Source of the DNA: Eledone cirrhosa
Taxonomy: Eukaryota
Assembly (NCBI GenBank): GCA_964016885.1
Contig: OZ024741.1
Coordinates: 258,726,001 to 258,790,000, forward strand
Direction: 5' to 3'
DNA: 64,000 nucleotides
Part shown: positions 12,700 to 25,149 of the stretch, in pieces
Layout of the letters: each line of letters opens with the position of its first letter
Numbering within the stretch: the stretch's first letter is position 1
Program-made: the position numbers and the translations under genes
The notes under the pieces: generated by a model
The model's database searches: none
The model's input: only the letters and a program-made list of their open reading frames with translations
Told to the model about the DNA's origin: nothing

Positions 12700-15600
12700 T
12701 TTCTGTGTCAGTGCCAGTGTTGTAGTTGTTGTTGCTGTTTTCTGTGTCAGTGCCAGTGTTGTTGTTGTTACTGTTGCTGTTTTCTGTGTCAGTGCCACTG
12801 TTGTTGTTGCTGTTGTTGCTGTTTTCTGTGTCAGTGCCAGTGTTGTTGTTGCTGTTGTTGCTGTTTTCTGTGTCAGTGCCAGTGTTGTTGTTGCTGTTTT
12901 CCATGCCAGTGTTGTTGTAGTTGTTGCTGTTTTCTGTGTCAGTGCCAGTGTTCTTGCTGTTGCTGTTTTCTGTGTCAGTGCCAGTGTTGTTGTTGTTACT
13001 GTTGCTGTTTTCTGTGTTAGTTCCAGTGTTGTTATTGTTGTTGCTGTTGCTGTTTTCTGTGCCAGTGCCAGTGTTATTGTTGCTGTTGTTGCTGTTTCTC
13101 TGTCAGTGCCAGTGTTGTTGTAGTTGTTGCTGTTTTCTCTGTCAGTGCCAGTGTTGTTGTAGTTGTTGCTGTTTTCTGTGTCAGTGCCAGTGTTGTTGTA
13201 GTTGTTGCTGTTTTCTCTGTCAGTTCCAGTGTTGCTGTTGCTGTTTTCTGTGCCAGTGCCAGTGTTATTGTTGCTGTCGTTGCTGTTTTCTGTGTCAGTG
13301 CCACGGTTGTTGTTGCTGTTGTTGCTGTTTTCTGTGTCAGTGCCAGTGTTGTTGTAGTTGTTGCTGTTTTCTGTGTCAGTGCCAGTGTTGTTGTTGTTGC
13401 TGTTTTCTCTGTCAGTGCCAGTGTTGTTGTAGTTGTTGCTGTTTTCTCTGTCAGTGCCAGTTTTGTTGTAGTTGTTGCTGTTTTCTGTGTCAGTGCCAGT
13501 GTTGTTGTAGTTGTTGCTGTTTTCTCTGTCAGTGCCAGTGTTGTTGTTGTTGTTGATGTTTTCTCTGTCAGTGTTGTTGTTGTTGCTATTTTCACTGTCA
13601 GTGCCAGTGTTGTTGTTGTTGCTGTTTTCTGTGTCAGTGCCAGTGTTGTAGTTGTTGTTGCTGTTTTCTGTGTCAGTGCCAGTGTTGTTGTTGTTACTGT
13701 TGCTGTTTTCTGTGTCAGTGCCACTGTTGTTGTTGCTGTTGTTGCTGTTTTCTGTGTCAGTGCCAGTGTTGTTGTTGCTGTTGTTGCTGTTTTCTGTGTC
13801 AGTGCCAGTGTTGTTGTTGCTGTTTTCCATGCCAGTGTTGTTGTAGTTGTTGCTGTTTTCTGTGTCAGTGCCAGTGTTCTTGCTGTTGCTGTTTTCTGTG
13901 TCAGTGTCAGTGTTGTTGTTGTTACTGTTGCTGTTTTCTGTGTTAGTTCCAGTGTTGTTATTGTTGTTGCTGTTGCTGTTTTCTGTGCCAGTGCCAGTGT
14001 TATTGTTGCTGTTGTTGCTGTTCCTCTGTCAGTGCCAGTGTTGTTGTAGTTGTTGCTGTTTTCTCTGTCAGTGCCAGTGTTGTTGTAGTTGTTGCTGTTT
14101 TCTGTGTCAGTGCCAGTGTTGTTGTAGTTGTTGCTGTTTTCTCTGTCAGTTCCAGTGTTGCTGTTGCTGTTTTCTGTGCCAGTGCCAGTGTTATTGTTGC
14201 TGTCGTTGCTGTTTTCTGTGTCAGTGCCACGGTTGTTGTTGCTGTTGTTGCTGTTTTCTGTGTCAGTGCCAGTGTTGTTGTTGCTGTTGTTGCTGTTTTC
14301 TGTGTCAGTGCCAGTGTTGTTGTTGCTGTTGTTGCTGTTTTCCGTGCCAGTGTTGTTGTAGTTGTTGCTGTTTTCTGTGTCAGTGCCAGTGTTGTTGTAG
14401 TTGTTGCTGTTTTCTGTGTCAGTGCCAGTGTTGTTGCTGTTGCTGTTTTCTCTGTCAGTGCCAGTGTTGTTGTAGTTGTTGCTGTTTTCTCTGTCAGTGC
14501 CAGTGTTGTTGTTGTTGCTGTTTTCTCTCTCAGTGCCAGTGTTGTTGTAGTTGTTGCTGTTTTCTCTGTCAGTGCCAGTGTTGTTGTAGTTGTTGCTGTT
14601 TTCTGTGTCAGTGCCAGTGTTGTTGCTGTTGTTGCTGTTTTCTGTGTCAGTGCCAGTGTTGTTGTTGCTGTTTTCTCTGTCAGTGCCAGTGTTTTTGTTG
14701 TTGCTGTTTTCTGTGTCAGTGACAGTGTTGTTCTAGTTGTTGATGTTTTCTGTGCCAGTGCCAGTGTTGTTGTAGTTGTTGCTGTTTTCTCTGTCAGTGC
14801 CAGTGTTGTTGTAGTTGTTGCTGTTTTCTCTGTCAGTGCCAGTGTTGTTGTAGCTGTTGCTGTTTTCTGTGTCAGTGCCAGTGTTGTTGTAATTGTTGCT
14901 GTTTTCTGTGTCAGTGCCACTGTTGTTGTTGCTGTTTTCTGTGTCAGTGCCAGTGTTGTTGTTGTTGCTGTTTTCTCTGTCAGTGCCAGTGTTGTTGTAG
15001 TTATTGCTGTTTTCTGTGTCAGTGCCACTGTTGTTGTTGCGGTTTTCTGTGTCAGTGCCAGTGTTGTTGTTGTTGCTGTTTTCTCTGTCAGTGCCAGTGT
15101 TGTTGTTGCTGTTTTCTCTGTCAATGCCAGTGTTGTTGTTGTTGCTGTTTTCTGTGTCAGTGCCATTGTTATTGCTGTTGTTGCTGTTTTCTATGTCAGT
15201 GCCAGTGTTGTTGTTGCTGTTGTTGCTGTTTTCTCTGTCAGTGCCAGTGTTGTTGTAGTTGTTGCTGTTTTCTCTGTCAGTGCCAGTGTTGTTGTAGTTG
15301 TTGCTGTTTTCTGTGTCAGTGCCGGTGTTGTTGTTGTTGCTGTTTTCTCTGTCAGTGCCAGTGTTGTTGTTGTTGCTGTTTTCTCTGTCAGTGCCAGTGT
15401 TGTTGTTGTTGCTGTTTTCTGTGTCAGTGCCAGTGTTGTTGTTGTTGCTGCTGTTTTCTGTGTCAGTGCCAGTGTTGTTGTAGTTGTTGCTGTTTTCTGT
15501 GTCAGTGCCAGTGTTGTTGTAGTTGTTGCTGTTTTCTGTGTCAGTGCCAGTGTTGTTGTAGTTGTTGCTGTTTTCTCTGTGAGTGCCAGTGTTGTTGTAG

Positions 15601-16550
15601 TTGTTGCTGTTTTCTTGTCAGTGCCAGTGTTGTTGTAGTTGTTGCTGTTTTCTTTGTCAGTGCCAGTGTTGTAGTTGTTGCTGTTTTCTCTGTCAGTGCC
15701 AGTGTTGTTGTTGTTGCTGTTTTCTCTGTCAGTGCCAGTGTTGTTGTTGTTGCTATTTTCACTGTCAGTGCCAGTGTTGTTGTTGTTGTTGCTATTTTCA
15801 CTCTCAGTGCCAGTGTTGTTGTTGTTACTGTTGCTGTTTTCTGTGTCAGTGCCAGTGTTGTTGTTGTTACTGTTGCTGTTTTCTGTGCCAGTGCCAGTGT
15901 TATTGTTGCTGTTGTTGCTGTTTTGTCTGTCAGTGCCAGTGTTGTAGTTGTTGTTGTTTTCTCTGTCAGTGCCAGTGTTGTTGTAGTTGTTGCTGTTTTC
16001 TGTGTCAGTGCCAGTGTTGTTGTTGTTGCTGTTTTCTGTGTCAGTGCCAGTGTTGTTGTTGTTGCTATTTTCACTGTCAGTGCCAGTGTTGTTGCTGTTG
16101 CTGTTTTCTCTGTCAGTGCCAGTGATGTTGTAGTTGTTGCTGTTTTCTGTGTTAGTGCCAGTGTTGTTGTAGTTGTTGCTGTTTTCTGTGTCAGTGCCAG
16201 TGTTGTTGCTGTTGCTGTTTTCTCTGTCAGTGCCAGTGTTGTTGTAGTTGTTGCTGCTTTCTCTGTCAGTGCCAGTGTTGTTGTAGTTGTTTCTGTTTTC
16301 TGTGTCAGTGCCAGTGTTGTTGTAGTTGTTGCTGTTTTCTGTGTCAGTGCCACTGTTGTTGTTGCTCTTTTCTGTGTCTGTGCCAGTGTTGTTGTTGTTG
16401 CTGTTTTCTCTGTCAGTGCCAGTGTTGTTGTTGCTGTTTTCTCTGTCAGTGCCAGTGTTGTTGTTGTTGCTGTTTTCTGTGTCAGTGCCAGTGTTGTTGT
16501 AGTTGTTGCTGTTTTCTCTTTCAGTGCCAGTGTTGTTGGTGTTGTTGCTG
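12700..16550. repeat. Second copy of the 7.63-kb-offset block
   Basis: Same ordered variants as ~5070-8880, ending at the GTTGGTGTT marker (~8869 vs ~16538). Confidence 0.88.
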
Positions 16551-18465
16551 TTTTCTGTGTCAGTGCCAGTGTTGTTGTTGCTGTTTTCTCTGTCAGTGCC
16601 AGTGTTTTTGTTGTTGCTGTTTTCTGTGTCAGTGACAGTGTTGTTCTAGTTGTTGATGTTTTCTGTGCCAGTGCCAGTGTTGTTGTAGTTGTTGCTGTTT
16701 TCTCTGTCAGTGCCAGTGTTGTTGTAGTTGTTGCTGTTTTCTCTGTCAGTGCCAGTGTTGTTGTAGCTGTTGCTGTTTTCTGTGTCAGTGCCAGTGTTGT
16801 TGTAATTGTTGCTGTTTTCTGTGTCAGTGCCACTGTTGTTGTTGCTGTTTTCTGTGTCAGTGCCAGTGTTGTTGTTGTTGCTGTTTTCTCTGTCAGTGCC
16901 AGTGTTGTTGTAGTTATTGCTGTTTTCTGTGTCAGTGCCACTGTTGTTGTTGCGGTTTTCTGTGTCAGTGCCAGTGTTGTTGTTGTTGCTGTTTTCTCTG
17001 TCAGTGCCAGTGTTGTTGTTGCTGTTTTCTCTGTCAATGCCAGTGTTGTTGTTGTTGCTGTTTTCTGTGTCAGTGCCATTGTTATTGCTGTTGTTGCTGT
17101 TTTCTATGTCAGTGCCAGTGTTGTTGTTGCTGTTGTTGCTGTTTTCTCTGTCAGTGCCAGTGTTGTTGTAGTTGTTGCTGTTTTCTCTGTCAGTGCCAGT
17201 GTTGTTGTAGTTGTTGCTGTTTTCTGTGTCAGTGCCGGTGTTGTTGTTGTTGCTGTTTTCTCTGTCAGTGCCAGTGTTGTTGTTGTTGCTGTTTTCTCTG
17301 TCAGTGCCAGTGTTGTTGTTGTTGCTGTTTTCTGTGTCAGTGCCAGTGTTGTTGTTGTTGCTGCTGTTTTCTGTGTCAGTGCCAGTGTTGTTGTAGTTGT
17401 TGCTGTTTTCTGTGTCAGTGCCAGTGTTGTTGTAGTTGTTGCTGTTTTCTGTGTCAGTGCCAGTGTTGTTGTAGTTGTTGCTGTTTTCTCTGTGAGTGCC
17501 AGTGTTGTTGTAGTTGTTGCTGTTTTCTTGTCAGTGCCAGTGTTGTTGTAGTTGTTGCTGTTTTCTTTGTCAGTGCCAGTGTTGTAGTTGTTGCTGTTTT
17601 CTCTGTCAGTGCCAGTGTTGTTGTTGTTGCTGTTTTCTCTGTCAGTGCCAGTGTTGTTGTTGTTGCTATTTTCACTGTCAGTGCCAGTGTTGTTGTTGTT
17701 GTTGCTATTTTCACTCTCAGTGCCAGTGTTGTTGTTGTTACTGTTGCTGTTTTCTGTGTCAGTGCCAGTGTTGTTGTTGTTACTGTTGCTGTTTTCTGTG
17801 CCAGTGCCAGTGTTATTGTTGCTGTTGTTGCTGTTTTGTCTGTCAGTGCCAGTGTTGTAGTTGTTGTTGTTTTCTCTGTCAGTGCCAGTGTTGTTGTAGT
17901 TGTTGCTGTTTTCTGTGTCAGTGCCAGTGTTGTTGTTGTTGCTGTTTTCTGTGTCAGTGCCAGTGTTGTTGTTGTTGCTATTTTCACTGTCAGTGCCAGT
18001 GTTGTTGCTGTTGCTGTTTTCTCTGTCAGTGCCAGTGATGTTGTAGTTGTTGCTGTTTTCTGTGTTAGTGCCAGTGTTGTTGTAGTTGTTGCTGTTTTCT
18101 GTGTCAGTGCCAGTGTTGTTGCTGTTGCTGTTTTCTCTGTCAGTGCCAGTGTTGTTGTAGTTGTTGCTGCTTTCTCTGTCAGTGCCAGTGTTGTTGTAGT
18201 TGTTTCTGTTTTCTGTGTCAGTGCCAGTGTTGTTGTAGTTGTTGCTGTTTTCTGTGTCAGTGCCACTGTTGTTGTTGCTCTTTTCTGTGTCTGTGCCAGT
18301 GTTGTTGTTGTTGCTGTTTTCTCTGTCAGTGCCAGTGTTGTTGTTGCTGTTTTCTCTGTCAGTGCCAGTGTTGTTGTTGTTGCTGTTTTCTGTGTCAGTG
18401 CCAGTGTTGTTGTAGTTGTTGCTGTTTTCTCTTTCAGTGCCAGTGTTGTTGGTGTTGTTGCTGTT
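14640..18465. repeat. 1913-bp tandem duplication
   Basis: ORF pairs 15004/16917, 15298/17211, 15601/17514 and 15923/17836 are all +1913. Confidence 0.87.
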
Positions 18466-20079
18466 TTCTCTGTCAGTGCCAGTGTTGTTGTAGTTGTTGC
18501 TGTTTTCTGTGTCAGTGCCAGTGTTGTTGTTGCTGTTGCTATTTTCACTGTCAGTGCCAGTGTTGTTGTTGTTACTGTTTTCTGTGTCAGTGCCAGTGTT
18601 GTTGTTGTTGCTGTTTTCTGTGTCAGTGCCAGTGTTGTTGTTGTTACTGTTGCTGTTTTCTGTGTCAGTGCCAGTCTTGTTGTTGTTACTGTTGCTGTTT
18701 TCTGTGCCAGAGCCAGTGTTATTGTTGCTGTTGTTGCTGTTTTCTGTGTCAGTGCCACTGTTGTTGTTGCTGTTGTTGCTGTTTTCCGTGTCAGTGCCAG
18801 TGTTGTTGTTGCTGTTGTTGCTGTTTTTTGTGTCAGTGCCAGTGTTGTTGCTGTTGTTGCTGTTTTCTGTGTCAGTGCCAGTGTTGTTGCTGTTGTTGCT
18901 GTTTTCCGTGCCAGTGTTGTTGTAGTTGTTGCTGTTTTCTCTGTCAGTGTCAGTTTTGTTGTAGTTGTTGCTGTTTCTGTGTCAGTGCCAGTGTTGTTGT
19001 AGTTGTTGCTGTTTTCTCTGTCAGTGCCAGTGTTGTTGTTGTTGTTGCTGTTTTCTCTGTCAGTGTCAGTGTTGTTGTTGTTGCTGTTTTCTGTGTCAGT
19101 GCCAGAGTTGTTGTTGTTACTGTTGCTGTTTTCTGTGCCAGTGTTATTGTTGCTGTTGTTGCTGTTTTGTCTGTCAGTGCCAGTGTTGTAGTTGTTGCTG
19201 TTTTCTCTGTCAGTGCCAGTGTTGTTGTAGTTGTTGCTGTTTTCTGTGTCAGTGCCAGTGTTGTTGTTGTTGCTATTTTCACTGTCAGTGCCAGTGTTGT
19301 TGCTGTTGCTGTTTTCTCTGTCAGTGCCAGTGATGTTGTAGTTGTTGCTGTTTTCTGTGTTAGTGCCAGTGTTGTTGTAGTTGTTGCTGTTTTCTGTGTC
19401 AGTGCCAGTGTTGTTGTTGTTGCTGTTTTCTCTGTCAGTGCCAGTGTTGTTGTAGTTGTTGCTGTTTTCTCTGTCAGTGTCAGTGTTGTTGTAGTTGTTG
19501 CTGTTTTCTGTGTCGGTACCGGTGTTGTTGTTGTTGCTGTTTTCTCTGTCAGTGCCAGTGTTGTTGTTGTTGCTGTTTTCTCTGTCAGTGCCAGTGTTGT
19601 TGTTGTTGGTGTTTTCTGTGTCAGTGCCAGTGTTGTTGTTGCTGTTTTCTGTGTCAGTGCCAGTGTTGTTGTAGTTGTTGCTGTTTTCTGTGTCAGTGCC
19701 AGTGTTGTTTTAGTTGTTGCTGTTTTCTGTGTCAGTGCCAGTGTTGTTGTAGTTGTTGCTGTTTTCTCTGTCAGTGCCAGTGTTGTTGTAGTTGTTGCTG
19801 TTTTCTGTGTCAGTGCCAGTGTTGTTGTAGTTGTTGCTGTTTTCTCTGTGAGTGCCAGTGTTGTTGTAGTTGTTGCTGTTTTCTCTGTCAGTGCCAGTGT
19901 TGTTGTAGTTGTTGCTGTTTTCTGTGTCAGTGCCAGTGTTGTTGTTGCTGTTTTCTCTGTCAGTGCCAGTGTTGTTGTAGTTGTTGCTGTTTTCTGTGTC
20001 AGTGCCAGTGTTGTTGTAGTTGTTGCTGTTTTCTGTGTCAGTGCCAGTGTTGTTGTTGTTGCTGTTTTCTCTGTCAGTG

Positions 20080-20880
20080 CCAGTGTTGTTGTAGTTGTTG
20101 CTGTTTTCTCTGTCAGTGCCAGTTTTGTTGTAGTTGTTGCTGTTTTCTGTGTCAGTGCCAGTGTTGTTGTAGTTGTTGCTGTTTTCTCTGTCAGTGCCAG
20201 TGTTGTTGTTGTTGTTGCTGTTTTCTCTGTCAGTGTTGTTGTTGTTGCTATTTTCACTGTCAGTGCCAGTGTTGTTGTTGTTGCTGTTTTCTGTGTCAGT
20301 GCCAGTGTTGTTGTTGCTGTTTTCTCTGTCAGTGCCAGTGTTGTTGTAGTTGTTGCTGTTTTCTCTGTCAGTGCCAGTTTTGTTGTAGTTGTTGCTGTTT
20401 TCTGTGTCAGTGCCAGTGTTGTTGTAGTTGTTGCTGTTTTCTCAGTGCCAGTTTTGTTGTAGTTGTTGCTGTTTTCTGTGTCAGTGCCAGTGTTGTTGTA
20501 GTTGTTGCTGTTTTCTCTGTCAGTGCCAGTGTTGTTGTTGTTGTTGCTGTTTTCTCTGTCAGTGTTGTTGTTGTTGCTATTTTCACTGTCAGTGCCAGTG
20601 TTGTTGTTGTTGCTGTTTTCTGTGTCAGTGCCAGTGTTGTTGTTGCTGTTTTCTCTGTCAGTGCCAGTGTTGTTGTAGTTGTTGCTGTTTTCTCTGTCAG
20701 TGCCAGTTTTGTTGTAGTTGTTGCTGTTTTCTGTGTCAGTGCCAGTGTTGTTGTAGTTGTTGCTGTTTTCTCTGTCAGTGCCAGTGTTGTTGTTGTTGTT
20801 GATGTTTTCTCTGTCAGTGTTGTTGTTGTTGCTATTTTCACTGTCAGTGCCAGTGTTGTTGTTGTTGCTGTTTTCTGTGT
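20080..20880. repeat. Local multiplication of a ~255-bp sub-unit, with a unique 4-bp deletion at ~20441
   Basis: GCCAGTTTTG occurs at ~20118, 20373, 20447 and 20702. The 6-bp-deleted monomer followed by CTATTTTCAC occurs at ~20231, 20560 and 20815. GTTTTCTCAGTG is at ~20436-20447. Confidence 0.75.
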
Positions 20881-23800
20881 CAGTGCCAGTGTTGTTGTTG
20901 TTACTGTTGCTGTTTTCTGTGTCAGTGCCACTGTTGTTGTTGCTGTTGTTGCTGTTTTCTGTGTCAGTGCCAGTGTTGTTGTTGCTGTTGTTGCTGTTTT
21001 CTGTGTCAGTGCCAGTGTTGTTGCTGTTTTCCATGCCAGTGTTGTTGTAGTTGTTGCTGTTTTCTGTGTCAGTGCCAGTGTTCTTGCTGTTGCTGTTTTC
21101 TGTGTCAGTGCCAGTGTTGTTGTTGTTACTGTTGCTGTTTTCTGTGTTAGTTCCAGTGTTGTTATTGTTGTTGCTGTTGCTGTTTTCTGTGCCAGTGCCA
21201 GTGTTATTGTTGCTGTTGTTGCTGTTCCTCTGTCAGTGCCAGTGTTGTTGTAGTTGTTGCTGTTTTCTCTGTCAGTGCCAGTGTTGTTGTAGTTGTTGCT
21301 GTTTTCTGTGTCAGTGCCAGTGTTGTTGTAGTTGTTGCTGTTTTCTCTGTCAGTTCCAGTGTTGCTGTTGCTGTTTTCTGTGCCAGTGCCAGTGTTATTG
21401 TTGCTGTCGTTGCTGTTTTCTGTGTCAGTGCCACGGTTGTTGTTGCTGTTGTTGCTGTTTTCTGTGTCAGTGCCAGTGTTGTTGTTGCTGTTGTTGCTGT
21501 TTTCTGTGTCAGTGCCAGTGTTGTTGTTGCTGTTGTTGCTGTTTTCCGTGCCAGTGTTGTTGTAGTTGTTGCTGTTTTCTGTGTCAGTGCCAGTGTTGTT
21601 GTAGTTGTTGCTGTTTTCTGTGTCAGTGCCAGTGTTGTTGCTGTTGCTGTTTTCTCTGTCAGTGTTGTTGTAGTTGTTGCTGTTTTCTCTGTCAGTGCCA
21701 GTGTTGTTGTTGTTGCTGTTTTCTCTCTCAGTGCCAGTGTTGTTGTAGTTGTTGCTGTTTTCTCTGTCAGTGCCAGTGTTGTTGTAGTTGTTGCTGTTTT
21801 CTGTGTCAGTGCCAGTGTTGTTGCTGTTGTTGCTGTTTTCTGTGTCAGTGCCAGTGTTGTTGTTGCTGTTTTCTCTGTCAGTGCCAGTGTTTTTGTTGTT
21901 GCTGTTTTCTGTGTCAGTGACAGTGTTGTTCTAGTTGTTGATGTTTTCTGTGCCAGTGCCAGTGTTGTTGTAGTTGTTGCTGTTTTCTCTGTCAGTGCCA
22001 GTGTTGTTGTAGTTGTTGCTGTTTTCTCTGTCAGTGCCAGTGTTGTTGTAGCTGTTGCTGTTTTCTGTGTCAGTGCCAGTGTTGTTGTAATTGTTGCTGT
22101 TTTCTGTGTCAGTGCCACTGTTGTTGTTGCTGTTTTCTGTGTCAGTGCCAGTGTTGTTGTTGTTGCTGTTTTCTCTGTCAGTGCCAGTGTTGTTGTAGTT
22201 ATTGCTGTTTTCTGTGTCAGTGCCACTGTTGTTGTTGCGGTTTTCTGTGTCAGTGCCAGTGTTGTTGTTGTTGCTGTTTTCTCTGTCAGTGCCAGTGTTG
22301 TTGTTGCTGTTTTCTCTGTCAATGCCAGTGTTGTTGTTGTTGCTGTTTTCTGTGTCAGTGCCATTGTTATTGCTGTTGTTGCTGTTTTTTATGTCAGTGC
22401 CAGTGTTGTTGTTGCTGTTGTTGCTGTTTTCTCTGTCAGTGCCAGTGTTGTTGTAGTTGTTGCTGTTTTCTCTGTCAGTGCCAGTGTTGTTGTAGTTGTT
22501 GCTGTTTTCTGTGTCAGTGCCGGTGTTGTTGTTGTTGCTGTTTTCTCTGTCAGTGCCAGTGTTGTTGTTGTTGCTGTTTTTTCTGTCAGTGCCAGTGTTG
22601 TTGTTGTTGCTGTTTTCTGTGTCAGTGCCAGTGTTGTTGTTGTTGCTGCTGTTTTCTGTGTCAGTGCCAGTGTTGTTGTAGTTGTTGCTGTTTTCTGTGT
22701 CAGTGCCAGTGTTGTTGTAGTTGTTGCTGTTTTCTGTGTCAGTGCCAGTGTTGTTGTAGTTGTTGCTGTTTTCTCTGTGAGTGCCAGTGTTGTTGTAGTT
22801 GTTGCTGTTTTCTTGTCAGTGCCAGTGTTGTTGTAGTTGTTGCTGTTTTCTTTGTCAGTGCCAGTGTTGTAGTTGTTGCTGTTTTCTCTGTCAGTGCCAG
22901 TGTTGTTGTTGTTGCTGTTTTCTCTGTCAGTGCCAGTGTTGTTGTTGTTGCTATTTTCACTGTCAGTGCCAGTGTTGTTGTTGTTGTTGCTATTTTCACT
23001 CTCAGTGCCAGTGTTGTTGTTGTTACTGTTGCTGTTTTCTGTGTCAGTGCCAGTGTTGTTGTTGTTACTGTTGCTGTTTTCTGTGCCAGTGCCAGTGTTA
23101 TTGTTGCTGTTGTTGCTGTTTTGTCTGTCAGTGCCAGTGTTGTAGTTGTTGTTGTTTTCTCTGTCAGTGCCAGTGTTGTTGTAGTTGTTGCTGTTTTCTG
23201 TGTCAGTGCCAGTGTTGTTGTTGTTGCTGTTTTCTGTGTCAGTGCCAGTGTTGTTGTTGTTGCTATTTTCACTGTCAGTGCCAGTGTTGTTGCTGTTGCT
23301 GTTTTCTCTGTCAGTGCCAGTGATGTTGTAGTTGTTGCTGTTTTCTGTGTTAGTGCCAGTGTTGTTGTAGTTGTTGCTGTTTTCTGTGTCAGTGCCAGTG
23401 TTGTTGCTGTTGCTGTTTTCTCTGTCAGTGCCAGTGTTGTTGTAGTTGTTGCTGCTTTCTCTGTCAGTGCCAGTGTTGTTGTAGTTGTTTCTGTTTTCTG
23501 TGTCAGTGCCAGTGTTGTTGTAGTTGTTGCTGTTTTCTGTGTCAGTGCCACTGTTGTTGTTGCTCTTTTCTGTGTCTGTGCCAGTGTTGTTGTTGTTGCT
23601 GTTTTCTCTGTCAGTGCCAGTGTTGTTGTTGCTGTTTTCTCTGTCAGTGCCAGTGTTGTTGTTGTTGCTGTTTTCTGTGTCAGTGCCAGTGTTGTTGTAG
23701 TTGTTGCTGTTTTCTCTTTCAGTGCCAGTGTTGTTGGTGTTGTTGCTGTTTTCTCTGTCAGTGCCAGTGTTGTTGTAGTTGTTGCTGTTTTCTGTGTCAG

Positions 23801-25149
23801 TGCCAGTGTTGTTGTTGCTGTTGCTATTTTCACTGTCAGTGCCAGTGTTGTTGTTGTTACTGTTTTCTGTGTCAGTGCCAGTGTTGTTGTTGTTGCTGTT
23901 TTCTGTGTCAGTGCCAGTGTTGTTGTTGTTACTGTTGCTGTTTTCTGTGTCAGTGCCAGTCTTGTTGTTGTTACTGTTGCTGTTTTCTGTGCCAGAGCCA
24001 GTGTTATTGTTGCTGTTGTTGCTGTTTTCTGTGTCAGTGCCACTGTTGTTGTTGCTGTTTTCTGTGTCAGTGCCAGTGTTGTTGTTGCTGTTGTTGCTGT
24101 TTTTTGTGTCAGTGCCAGTGTTGTTGCTGTTGTTGCTGTTTTCTGTGTCAGTGCCAGTGTTGTTGCTGTTGTTGCTGTTTTCCGTGCCAGTGTTGTTGTA
24201 GTTGTTGCTGTTTTCTCTGTCAGTGTCAGTTTTGTTGTAGTTGTTGCTGTTTTCTGTGTCAGTGCCAGTGTTGTTGTAGTTGTTGCTGTTTTCTCTGTCA
24301 GTGCCAGTGTTGTTGTTGTTGTTGCTGTTTTCTCTGTCAGTGTCAGTGTTGTTGTTGTTGCTGTTTTCTGTGTCAGTGCCAGAGTTGTTGTTGTTACTGT
24401 TGCTGTTTTCTGTGCCAGTGTTATTGTTGCTGTTGTTGCTGTTTTGTCTGTCAGTGCCAGTGTTGTAGTTGTTGCTGTTTTCTCTGTCAGTGCCAGTGTT
24501 GTTGTAGTTGTTGCTGTTTTCTGTGTCAGTGCCAGTGTTGTTGTGGTTGCTATTTTCACTGTCAGTGCCAGTGTTGTTGCTGTTGCTGTTTTCTCTGTCA
24601 GTGCCAGTGATGTTGTAGTTGTTGCTGTTTTCTGTGTTAGTGCCAGTGTTGTTGTAGTTGTTGCTGTTTTCTGTGTCAGTGCCAGTGTTGTTGCTGTTGC
24701 TGTTTTCTCTGTCAGTGCCAGTGTTGTTGTAGTTGTTGCTGCTTTCTCTGTCAGTGCCAGTGTTGTTGTAGTTGTTTCTGTTTTCTGTGTCAGTGCCAGT
24801 GTTGTTGTTGTTGCTGTTTTCTCTGTCAGTGCCAGTGTTGTTGTAGTTGTTGCTGTTTTCTGTGTCAGTGCCACTGTTGTTGTTGCTGTTTTCTGTGTCT
24901 GTGCCAGTGTTTTTGTTGTTGCTGTTTTCTCTGTCAGTGCCAGTGTTGTTGTTGCTGTTTTCTCTGTCAGTGCCAGTGTTGTTGTTGTTGCTGTTTTCTG
25001 TGTCAGTGCCAGTGTTGTTGTAGTTATTGCTGTTTTCTGTGTCAGTGCCAGTGTTGTTATAGTTGTTGCTGTTTTCTCTGTCAGTGCCAGTGTTGTTGTA
25101 GTTGTTGCTGTTTTCTGTGTCAGTGCCAGTGTTGTTGTAGTTGTTGCTG

